Positions 19,620-28,106 of a stretch of DNA of 64,000 bases are shown here, one piece after another. Positions within the stretch are counted from its first letter, which is position 1; every line of letters starts with the position of its first letter. The position numbers and the translations under genes were made by a program. The notes below the pieces were generated by a model. It was not told the origin of the DNA. It saw only the letters and a program-made list of their open reading frames with translations, and made no database searches. The DNA comes from Verrucomicrobiota bacterium (GTDB lineage: Bacteria; Verrucomicrobiota; Verrucomicrobiia; Limisphaerales; CANJXF01): NCBI GenBank assembly GCA_038214755.1, contig JBBQRQ010000012.1:10242-74241 (forward strand). The letters are read 5' to 3'.

Positions 19620-20759
19620 ATGTATCATCTCGCCCTCAAAATGCTTTTCGCCGATCGAGCGAAATACATCATGCTCGTCAGCGGTTTGACTTTCGCCGCG
19701 CTGTTGATGACGCAACAAGCGGCGGTTTTTTTCGGCTTGCTCGATTGGACGCTCGGCAATTTGAAAAACATGCGCGCTGAAATTTGGGTCGTGGATCCAA
19801 AAGTCGAGCAGGCCAACGAAATCAAGCCGATGCGTGACACCGATGTCAGCCGCGTTCGTTCCGTGCAAGGCGTCGCGTGGGCCGTGCCGATGTTTTGGTC
19901 TGTGCAACAAGCGCGTTTGCAGGACGGCAGTTTCAAACCGATTCAAATCGTCGGCATCGACAGCACGACGATGATTGGCCGGCCTGGAAATATCACCGCC
20001 GGAAAACTGGAAGATTTGCGCCTGCCCAACACCGTCATCATTGACGACATGGCGGTGGAACGGCTCAGTCGCGGACGTGCGAAAAAAATCGGCATTGGCG
20101 ACACTTTTGAAATCAACGACAAAGAGGCGCGCATCGTCGGACTTTGCAAAACGGAGAAATCTTTTTTCGGCTATCCGTATGTTTTCACGACCTACGACCA
20201 AGCGCTCCAGTTTGCGCCGAAGACACGCAAAATGTTGAGCTTCGTTCTGGCGCATCCCGCGTCCGGCTGGACGGCGGAACAAACCGTCAAACAAATCAAA
20301 AAGGAAACCGGTCTTGGCGCCTACACGGAGAAACAATTTTCCATTTCCACTGTGATTTGGTTTTTCAAAAACACCGGAATTCCGATGTCGTTCGCGACGA
20401 CAATTTTACTCGGCTTCATCGTCGGCGTCGCGATTGCGGGGCAAACTTTTTATTCGTTCATCCTCGAAAATCTCCGGCACATCGGCGCGCTCAAAGCGAT
20501 GGGCGCAGGCGACTGGCTATTGACGCGCATGGTGCTGCTGCAATCGTTCACCGTCGGCATCATCGGCTACGGGATTGGAATCGGCTTGACGGTTTTGTTT
20601 GGCGTTTTGGTTTTGCAAAAAGGAATGCCGCCCTTCGCGCTGCCTTATCAACTGCCGCTCATCACTTTTTTGGTCATCATGTTTATCTGCGCTTTCTCGG
20701 CGGTGCTGGGAATTTTGAAAATCCGGAAACTGGAACCGGCGATTGTTTTTCGCGGATAA
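19620..20759 (+). CDS. ABC exporter permease, FtsX/MacB/DevC family
   Basis: 379 aa; N-terminal TM, large periplasmic loop, C-terminal 3 TM FtsX-like. Confidence 0.75.
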   Translation: MYHLALKMLFADRAKYIMLVSGLTFAALLMTQQAAVFFGLLDWTLGNLKNMRAEIWVVDPKVEQANEIKPMRDTDVSRVRSVQGVAWAVPMFWSVQQARLQDGSFKPIQIVGIDSTTMIGRPGNITAGKLEDLRLPNTVIIDDMAVERLSRGRAKKIGIGDTFEINDKEARIVGLCKTEKSFFGYPYVFTTYDQALQFAPKTRKMLSFVLAHPASGWTAEQTVKQIKKETGLGAYTEKQFSISTVIWFFKNTGIPMSFATTILLGFIVGVAIAGQTFYSFILENLRHIGALKAMGAGDWLLTRMVLLQSFTVGIIGYGIGIGLTVLFGVLVLQKGMPPFALPYQLPLITFLVIMFICAFSAVLGILKIRKLEPAIVFRG

Positions 20760-20824
20760 ACGCTCGCTGACAATGAGTCACCATTTCAAAATTCATTCCT
20801 ACTTGGGAGGAAATCCATTTTTCA

Positions 20825-20964
20825 TTAACACCGCGGCTTCAGCGCGGTGTTTGAGGATGCGAAAACGCACGAACCGTTTTAACGGTTTTCATCTCGCGGG
20901 AAAACCGTTGAAACGGTTGAAGAACTTATTTCGCGTTCCCAACACCTCGTTAAAACGAGGTGTT
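20825..20964. promoter_or_regulatory. four consecutive hairpins in permease-ATPase gap (aacaccgcg...cgcggtgtt; aaccgtt..aacggtt x2; aacacctcg...cgaggtgtt)
   Basis: seen directly. Confidence 0.7.
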
Positions 20965-21002
20965 AATGAGAACGGCAAGGTGACGGAGAAATACATTTCG
21001 TT

Positions 21003-21752
21003 TTGAACACCGAGACAATTAATAATTCCAAAAATGGTTTTGCCGTTCACGTCCGCAACGTGAGCAAAACTTTTGGAACGGGCGAAGCGAAAACGCAGGC
21101 GCTCAAAGGGGTGGACTTCGACGCGCGCGAGGGCGAACTGCTCATGATCGTCGGCCCGTCCGGCTGCGGGAAAACCACTTTGCTCAGCGTCATTGCGGGC
21201 ACGCTGGAATTTGAAACGGGCGAAGTGGATGTTTTTCGCGCGCGCCTGCATTCGATGGGCAAGAGCGAGATCACGACTTTTCGCGGACGCAACATCGGTT
21301 TTATTTTTCAGCAATTTAATTTAATTCCCACGTTGTCCTGCGTCGAGAATGTGAGCGTGCCGCTGCTCATCAATGGAGTGAGTCGCACGCGCGCCGAAAA
21401 AAAATCCGCCGAAGTTTTGGAACTGGTCGGGCTGCGCGGTCGCGGCAACGAATCGCCGATCAATCTTTCGGGCGGGCAACAACAGCGGGTGGCCATCGCG
21501 CGCGCCCTCGTGCACGAGCCAAAATTAATTATTTGCGACGAGCCGACCTCGGCGCTCGATAAAGATACCGGCCAAAAAATTATGGAACTGCTTCGCGACG
21601 TCGCGCGCGCGCCGGGTCGCTGCGTCATTGTCGTGACGCATGACAATCGTATTTTTCAATTCGCCGACCGCATGACGGAAATGGAAGATGGCCGCGTCAG
21701 CCGTGTGCATGAGGCGCTGGGGAAAAGTGAAAATGTTTTTAACCACGAATAA
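21003..21752 (+). CDS. ABC transporter ATP-binding protein (MacB/LolD/DevA type)
   Basis: Walker A GPSGCGKTT, signature LSGGQQQRVAIARAL, Walker B LIICDEPTSALD. Confidence 0.9.
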   Translation: MNTETINNSKNGFAVHVRNVSKTFGTGEAKTQALKGVDFDAREGELLMIVGPSGCGKTTLLSVIAGTLEFETGEVDVFRARLHSMGKSEITTFRGRNIGFIFQQFNLIPTLSCVENVSVPLLINGVSRTRAEKKSAEVLELVGLRGRGNESPINLSGGQQQRVAIARALVHEPKLIICDEPTSALDKDTGQKIMELLRDVARAPGRCVIVVTHDNRIFQFADRMTEMEDGRVSRVHEALGKSENVFNHE

Positions 21753-21941
21753 AATCAAGGCGGCGGAAGAATCAAAACCACAGACGGACGCAGATGAACA
21801 CAGATAAAAAAGGGCAAGGAATATCATGATGAATCCAAACACGTCGCTCACTCGGAACAATGCTGGAAACGATTTCTTCCAGTTTCCCCTCTTCATCTGC
21901 GTCCATCTGCGTCCATCTGTGGTTTTCTTTTTTAGGTTTTT

Positions 21942-22889
21942 ATGATTTTTAAACGATTGAGTTTTTATCTGGCGCTGGCGGGAATTATTGGCGCCGTGGT
22001 TTTGATCAAGAAGCTCAAGCGACAACCACCACCACCGCCGCCCTTGACCGAGCCGGCGCGATCGCCGTTTACAAATTCTGTGGCCGCCACCGGAATTATT
22101 GAAGCGACAAAAGAGAATGTAAAAATCGGCGCGATCAAAGCAGGCTTGATCCAAAAAGTTTTCGTGCAAGTGGGTTCGACAGTGAAAATGGGCGAGCCGC
22201 TTTTGCAAATGGATGATCGCGAGGCGCGCGCCCGCTTGGAAACAGCACGTTCGCAACTCAAAGTTTTGCAAGCGACCCTTGAGATGGAAAAAGTTCAGGC
22301 GGCCGACGTGGCAGATCAATTCGCGCGCATTGAAAAATTGGAGAAAGAAAAAGTGGCAAGCGAAGAAGAACGAAAGCGAAAAGAATTTATGGTGCAAGCC
22401 AGCGCCGCGCGCGTCGCGAAAGTGGAGGCGGACCTCAACGCCGCCAGCAACCAGATGAGCAGCGCGGAGGTCGATTTGGAAATTCTCACCGTGCGCGCTC
22501 CTCGTGACGGAGTGATTTTGCAAGTCAACGCCCGCGCGGGCGAATACGCGAACCTCATGCCGAGCGAGCCGATGATGATTCTCGGCGATGTGAACACGTT
22601 TCAGATTCGCGCCGACGTGGATGAACAAAATGCGTTTCTCATCGAACCGAACCAGCCCGCCGTCGCGTTTCTCAAAGGCGATACGAAGAATCCGATGCCG
22701 CTCCGTTTCGTGCGGATCGAACCATTTGTCATTCCGAAACGTTCGCTTACCGGCGACAGCGCCGAGCGTGTGGACACTCGCGTGTTGCAAATTATTTTTG
22801 AACTCGACCGTCCGAAAACTTCCGTTTACGTCGGGCAACAAGTGGATGTTTTCATTCAACGAACGCGAGTTCGCGCTGCGGAAAAATGA
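21942..22889 (+). CDS. HlyD-family periplasmic adaptor (membrane fusion protein)
   Basis: N-terminal TM, coiled-coil, beta-barrel region; 315 aa. Confidence 0.8.
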   Translation: MIFKRLSFYLALAGIIGAVVLIKKLKRQPPPPPPLTEPARSPFTNSVAATGIIEATKENVKIGAIKAGLIQKVFVQVGSTVKMGEPLLQMDDREARARLETARSQLKVLQATLEMEKVQAADVADQFARIEKLEKEKVASEEERKRKEFMVQASAARVAKVEADLNAASNQMSSAEVDLEILTVRAPRDGVILQVNARAGEYANLMPSEPMMILGDVNTFQIRADVDEQNAFLIEPNQPAVAFLKGDTKNPMPLRFVRIEPFVIPKRSLTGDSAERVDTRVLQIIFELDRPKTSVYVGQQVDVFIQRTRVRAAEK

Positions 22890-23004
22890 GGGCCGCGATT
22901 TCTGTTCAGGCAAAAATTTTATGAATCGATTTAAACCCGAATTTTGCGTGAGAGCCGTAGCGCAGGTTTTTAACCTGCTGTATCGCGGGTTTGCAACCCG
23001 CTGG

Positions 23005-24411
23005 ATGTCGCGACGCCCAGCCGGTTGCAAACCGGCGATACAGCAGCTTGCAAAGCTGCGCTACGTTGCGCTCTTGGCGATCACAGGTTTTTCAGCATTT
23101 GCTCAAACCAATTACGAAGTCCGCGCGACGAATTTAATTTCCAAACCGCTCTCTGTCGCCGAGGCGTTGAACATCGCGTTGGAAAAAAATGCGTCGATCT
23201 TGCGCGGCAAAGCGGATCTCAAGGCGGCTCATGGAGTCGTCCTGCAAACGCGGGCCATTGCCATCCCCAAACTTCGCGCTGGAGCGGATTACCAGTTGAC
23301 GGATGAAGGCGCGATTGAAGGTTTCACGCCGCAAGGAGGGACCAATTTTTCCGCCGTGAAAAACAATAATCAAAAATGGTCGGCCAGCATTCGCCTACAG
23401 CAATCGATTTACGAAGGAGGTCGAATCAACTCCGCGTTGCGCGCGGCGCGGCTCACGAAAGAGCAGGCGATTTTAAATTATCAAACCGTCCTCGCCGACA
23501 CCTTGCGCGACGTGCGCGTGGCTTACGACGACGTTCTGCTCGCGGAACAAAGCATCGCCGTGCAGGAGGCGTCGGTGAATTTGTTGAGCAAGGAATTTGA
23601 AGACACATCGCGGCGTTTCGAAGCGGGCACGGTTCCGCGGTTCAATGTCTTGCGCGCCGAAGTGGAAGTGGCCAATGCGCGTCCGAGATTGATTCGCGCG
23701 CGCAACGCATTTCGCATCTCAAAAAATAATCTGGCGAACCTCCTCGGTTGCGATTTGCCGCGCGGGATGGGCGAAGATATTCCGCTGCAACTGACGAGCA
23801 AACTTGATGAGACGCCCTACGAAATGGACCTGTCCAACGCGTTACTGCGCGCTTTTGAAAATCGGACGGAACTCGCGGCGCTGCGCAAAGCGGAAAAACT
23901 TCGCGGTGAAAATATCGTCAACGCCCAAGGCGGTTACAAACCGAGCGTGCAGGTTTTTGCCGGGTACGGTTCCCGCAGTTCCGTTTTTGGAGACGATCTG
24001 AGCCGCGATGTTTCCGGCTGGTTTACGGGCGCGCAATTGAGTTGGGATATTTTTGATGGAGGATTAACGAGAGGGAGGGTCATTCAGGCCACGGCGCTGC
24101 ACGAGCGAGCGGAAGTGGACGTGGAAGATTCGGCGCGGCGAATCGAGCTGGAGGTGCGCACGGCCTATTCGACTTTGATCGAAGCGCGCGAAGTTTTGGA
24201 ATCGCAAAAAAAAGTTCAGGAACAAGCGGACGAGGCGTTGCGTTTGGCGCAAGCGCGGATCGGCGCTGGAGCTGCGACGCAACTCGACGTGCTCAGCGCG
24301 CAAACCGCCTTGACCGAAGCGCGCTCGACGCAGATTCAGGCGCTGCGGGATTTTTCCGTGGCGAAAACGCAACTCGAACACGCGATGGGAAATCAAATCG
24401 AAATAAAATGA
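23005..24411 (+). CDS. TolC-like outer membrane efflux protein (start uncertain: 22921 or 23005)
   Basis: two OEP repeats, signal peptide LRYVALLAITGFSAFAQT; ORF-track start 22621 overlaps hlyD and was rejected. Confidence 0.7.
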   Translation: MSRRPAGCKPAIQQLAKLRYVALLAITGFSAFAQTNYEVRATNLISKPLSVAEALNIALEKNASILRGKADLKAAHGVVLQTRAIAIPKLRAGADYQLTDEGAIEGFTPQGGTNFSAVKNNNQKWSASIRLQQSIYEGGRINSALRAARLTKEQAILNYQTVLADTLRDVRVAYDDVLLAEQSIAVQEASVNLLSKEFEDTSRRFEAGTVPRFNVLRAEVEVANARPRLIRARNAFRISKNNLANLLGCDLPRGMGEDIPLQLTSKLDETPYEMDLSNALLRAFENRTELAALRKAEKLRGENIVNAQGGYKPSVQVFAGYGSRSSVFGDDLSRDVSGWFTGAQLSWDIFDGGLTRGRVIQATALHERAEVDVEDSARRIELEVRTAYSTLIEAREVLESQKKVQEQADEALRLAQARIGAGAATQLDVLSAQTALTEARSTQIQALRDFSVAKTQLEHAMGNQIEIK

Positions 24412-24420
24412 TTCGGAACG

Positions 24421-24566
24421 CGGATAGCATCTGCCTCCGGCGGGTGCGAAAACATTTTTTGGAACGCCGATCTCCCGATCGGCTCGTTGCCGGGAGGGTC
24501 GGTCAGTGCCGATCGGGAGATCGGCGTTCCGGATAGACTTCGCACCCGCCGGAGGCAGATGCTACC
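24421..24566. repeat. nested palindromic element: outer 26-bp arms tagcatctgcctccggcgggtgcgaa, inner 23-bp arms ggaacgccgatctcccgatcggc; family also at 40281-40360
   Basis: seen directly. Confidence 0.9.
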
Positions 24567-24654
24567 CGGCGCTGGACGGAGTCTCGCCCGCCGAATTTTA
24601 AACTTTTTCTCGCGCAACCTCCCTCCCGCGACTACAACCTTCGCTCGTTCTTAA

Positions 24655-25860
24655 ATGAAAAAACCATCGCTGCTGATTATTTTTCTCACTGTTTTTATCG
24701 ATCTGATCGGCTTTGGTTTGATCCTGCCGTTGATCCCGATTTTCAGCAAAAATTTCCACGCTTCCGGTTTCGTCATTGGCGGAATCATGGCGGCGTATTC
24801 GCTCATGCAATTTATTTTCTCGCCGGTCTGGGGACGACTTTCTGATCGCATCGGACGCCGCCCGATTTTGTTGGGCAGCACGGCGTGCGCGGCGATTTCC
24901 TACGGTCTTTTCGCCTATGGCAGTGGCTTGCGGGATCACAAAGCGCTCTGGATTATTTTGATCTCGCGGCTGATCGCTGGAATCTGCGGCGCGAATATCA
25001 CCGTCGCGCAGGCCTACATCGCGGACATCACACCGCCGGAAAAGCGTTCCGCGCGCATGGGGCTGATCGGAATGGCGTTCGGTCTTGGATTTATTTTCGG
25101 CCCGGCGTTGGGCGCGGTCAGCATCACTTATTTCGGCTTGTCCGGGCCGGGCTGGACTGCCGCGACCCTTTGCGCGTTAAATTTCGTTTCGGCGTTTTTT
25201 ATTTTGCGCGAAAGCTGGCAGCCCGCCGCTCATCACGTCGAACAACGGCCGCACTTCGCGCAATTTTTGCACACGATGGGCCAACCCGCGCTCGGGCTGT
25301 TGATTGGGATTTTTTTTCTCGCCACATTTTCTTTCACTTGTTTTGAAACCACCATCGGCTTGCTCGTGAGCAAAGTTTTTCACCTTGATTTGACTCAAGG
25401 AAAAAGCGTGCAAACCGTCGCCTGGCTCATCGTTTATTGCGGCCTTCTCGGAGCGCTGGTGCAAGGCGGATTGACCGGGCGACTGGTCAAAAAAATGGGC
25501 GAACCAAAATTGATTTCCGCGAGTTTAATTTTGGCGGCAATTGGGATTGGTGCGATTCCCTATTCCACCACCTGGGCGCTGCTTTTGGTGGGTCTGGGAA
25601 TTTTCTCGATTGGCTCGAGCCTGACGCGCCCGCCGGTTTTCGGAATGATTTCGCTCCTCACTTTGCCAACGGAACAAGGCACCACGATGGGCGTCGCACA
25701 AGGAGTCGGAAGCCTGGCGCGAATTGTCGGCCCCATTTTTGCCGCGAGCCTTTTCGACAAACACCCGGCTCTGCCGTATTTGATTTGCGCGGTCGTGTTA
25801 TTTCTCACCGGACTTTTTTCCGCGCAATATTTACGGAAGGCGGAACCCGTCGTGGCTTGA
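24655..25860 (+). CDS. MFS transporter (tetracycline-resistance/TCR family-like, 12 TM)
   Basis: motif GRLSDRIGRRPIL (MFS motif A). Confidence 0.8.
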   Translation: MKKPSLLIIFLTVFIDLIGFGLILPLIPIFSKNFHASGFVIGGIMAAYSLMQFIFSPVWGRLSDRIGRRPILLGSTACAAISYGLFAYGSGLRDHKALWIILISRLIAGICGANITVAQAYIADITPPEKRSARMGLIGMAFGLGFIFGPALGAVSITYFGLSGPGWTAATLCALNFVSAFFILRESWQPAAHHVEQRPHFAQFLHTMGQPALGLLIGIFFLATFSFTCFETTIGLLVSKVFHLDLTQGKSVQTVAWLIVYCGLLGALVQGGLTGRLVKKMGEPKLISASLILAAIGIGAIPYSTTWALLLVGLGIFSIGSSLTRPPVFGMISLLTLPTEQGTTMGVAQGVGSLARIVGPIFAASLFDKHPALPYLICAVVLFLTGLFSAQYLRKAEPVVA

Positions 25861-25908
25861 GAGGGCGGAAGGGTGGGTTGGGCGCATCTGGGGATTATAG
25901 CGATTGCC

Positions 25909-25988
25909 CAAATAAATTTCCGAAACGTGTCAGTGTCAGAATGGAGCGCAGAGCATTGCTCCGCGCTCCGTTCGATTCGGAAATTTAT
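25909..25988. repeat. palindromic element: outer aaataaatttccgaa/ttcggaaatttattt around core ggagcgcagagcattgctccgcgctcc; family also at 55945-56027
   Basis: seen directly. Confidence 0.85.
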
Positions 25989-26114
25989 TTTGAGAACCCC
26001 TTTGGTCGTGTCCTGCGCGCTCCGGTTCCTCCCACGTGCGCAAGGCAATTTCTCGGACCGATGGCCGGTTCGCACTATTGAGAACGGCACGAACGCTGCT
26101 CGCCAATCGGGGTT

Positions 26115-26900
26115 ATGGCCCGACAAAAAAAAGATGCTCGCGAGGAAATCGTCCCGGCCATCGGCGTCTTGATTTTATTCGGCTTCTTTTTCATTCCACA
26201 GTTCCACTCCTATTTAAAGGTCGTTTCGGTTCTCTTTTTGTTGGGATTGAGCGCCTTCCTCGGCTGCCGATTCTGGAAACGACGGAATTCCGAACACCAC
26301 CTCAACTCCAGTGAACCGGACAGCTTTTTTGCGAAAGCCCAGCCGGACCATCAGCATGATTCTACTCTCTCGGAGCAACTTCGCGCCATCGATTGGTTCC
26401 AGTTTGAAAAACTCATTGAGGCGGTTTACCGATCCAAAAATTATAAAGTCGAACGAGTTGATGGAGCCACTCCCGAGGGAGGCATCGATTTGATCGTGGA
26501 AAATCCCGCCACCCGGTTTGTCGTGCAATGCAAGCAATGGAAAAGTTGGAAGGTCGGAGTGCAGCAGATCCGTGAATTTTTAGGCGCGTTGGCCGACGTG
26601 GGTGTCCGCAAAGGCGTGTTCATCACTTTGCAGGGTTACACCGAGGAAGCGAAAGAATTGGCGGGCAAACATGGCATCCGGATTTTGGATGAAGCGGCCG
26701 TGCTCAAGCTTTTGGAAGAAGTGAATTGGAAATATAATTCCGCCATTCTTGCGACTCTGGTCGAGGCGGACAAACGCTGCGCAAAATGCGGTAGCCCAAT
26801 CGCTCTTCGAACCGCGACGAAAGGCAAAAATATCGGCGAACAATTTTGGGGCTGCTCAACTTATCCGCGATGTAAATTCGTTCTGAATATCCAATCATAA
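26115..26900 (+). CDS. membrane-anchored Mrr-cat (type IV restriction endonuclease-like) domain protein with C-terminal topoisomerase-type C4 zinc ribbon
   Basis: two N-terminal TM helices; Mrr_cat-like FQFEKL...GGIDL...VQCKQW; C-terminal CAKCG...WGCSTYPRCK. Confidence 0.65.
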   Translation: MARQKKDAREEIVPAIGVLILFGFFFIPQFHSYLKVVSVLFLLGLSAFLGCRFWKRRNSEHHLNSSEPDSFFAKAQPDHQHDSTLSEQLRAIDWFQFEKLIEAVYRSKNYKVERVDGATPEGGIDLIVENPATRFVVQCKQWKSWKVGVQQIREFLGALADVGVRKGVFITLQGYTEEAKELAGKHGIRILDEAAVLKLLEEVNWKYNSAILATLVEADKRCAKCGSPIALRTATKGKNIGEQFWGCSTYPRCKFVLNIQS

Positions 26901-27052
26901 AATAAAATTCGTTTTCTCCTCGTCGGACAACAAGGAACTTCTCGATTCGTTGATCGAGAAATAAAATTCAGCGGTCGTTCCAGACGCGCCGCTACGATTG
27001 ACCAATCGAAAATTAAGTTGCTATCGGCCTGGGCAAATTTATTTTTTCGGGA

Positions 27053-27883
27053 ATGGAACTCCCCACGATTTCTGGCCTGCTACGCCTCCCTTTATTCCTC
27101 AATTGTTTTGCTCTGAATTTGTGGACTGCACTGGCCGAAGTGGCGCCGCCAAATTCGCTGCCCTGTTTTCCCGGCGCGTATTATCGCAAGGCCGTCTCGT
27201 CATTCGATCTTTGGACCGGGATCGAAGGGGTAATCACACTTCCGGTTCCCGCCTTTGATCCAGCGCGGACGAATGCGGACGGCTACCTCGATAACCCGTC
27301 TGTTTACCTCGGCGGTCAAGCGGCGAACCAGGAAATCGACGCCGGCCTGAGTTGGTCGGGCATCCGCGACGCGACGGGAGCGATCACCAAAGAACGGAAA
27401 GCATTTCGAATTTTTTGGCGCAATGAGAAATGGCACACGGGACCCGCTCAGCCTGAACTTACTTTTTTCCCCGGCGACACCGTTCGACTGCGGTGCGAAA
27501 CCAGAGAACGCGGAACTTTAAAACTATTTGTGCAACTTGTCGCGCGCGGAGACCGTGCCCCGGAAGGATTTCGAGATAAAACCAATGGCCTTTTTCAAAC
27601 AGAGTTTCGCGCGGCGAATTTTGGGCCGGAGCAGACACAACAATTCAAGCGGGTCAACGCCATCGATCAAGTCGGGCGCGAGGGAAAATCCGTGGAAGCA
27701 ACCGGCAGCAAAATTCTTAGGGCAACGTGGCGCGAAGTTTTTCTTCTTCGCGGGACAAATGGGATTCCAATGACGCCGGAAAAATTTACCGATATGCGCT
27801 GTCCAAATGGGCAGCACATCGAGGTGGAAAAAATAAATGAATGCGGGGAGCGCGTTTCAATTTTTGGCGGACGGAAAGAATAA
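27053..27883 (+). CDS. secreted hypothetical protein (276 aa)
   Basis: signal-peptide-like N-terminus; no recognised domain. Confidence 0.45.
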   Translation: MELPTISGLLRLPLFLNCFALNLWTALAEVAPPNSLPCFPGAYYRKAVSSFDLWTGIEGVITLPVPAFDPARTNADGYLDNPSVYLGGQAANQEIDAGLSWSGIRDATGAITKERKAFRIFWRNEKWHTGPAQPELTFFPGDTVRLRCETRERGTLKLFVQLVARGDRAPEGFRDKTNGLFQTEFRAANFGPEQTQQFKRVNAIDQVGREGKSVEATGSKILRATWREVFLLRGTNGIPMTPEKFTDMRCPNGQHIEVEKINECGERVSIFGGRKE

Positions 27884-27889
27884 AAGGAT

Positions 27890-28025
27890 TGTTGGATGGG
27901 TGGATGATTGGATTGATGGATTTGGGAAATGTCTTGGGGTGACGCGAGAGATTCAGCCGTTTCAACGGCTTCGGCGCAAATCCATTCATCCACAAATCCA
28001 TCTATCCAACAATCCATTCATCCAA
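27890..28025. repeat. inverted arrays of 8-mers (ggattgtt/ggatgggt/ggatgatt ... aatccatc/caatccat) flanking a central hairpin agccgtt-tc-aacggct
   Basis: seen directly. Confidence 0.8.
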
Positions 28026-28106
28026 CCCCCGCTGGGGCAGCAAGGGCGTTGACACGTTCGCATTTCCTGCTTTAACCTGCGGCCTCATTTATAACTCACA
28101 GACAAC

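Noticed and set aside
22621-22920. ORF-track start of tolC-like gene at 22621, overlapping hlyD by 270 nt
   Set aside because: The N-terminal extension lacks a signal peptide and overlaps the hlyD frame. ATG 22921 or 23005 gives a proper signal sequence.
22976-23057. Cloverleaf-looking nested hairpins as a tRNA
   Set aside because: Stem lengths (9/7/6 bp) and loops do not fit tRNA D/anticodon/T arms. No GTTCRANYC T-loop anywhere in ORF-free gaps, so no tRNA called in the window.
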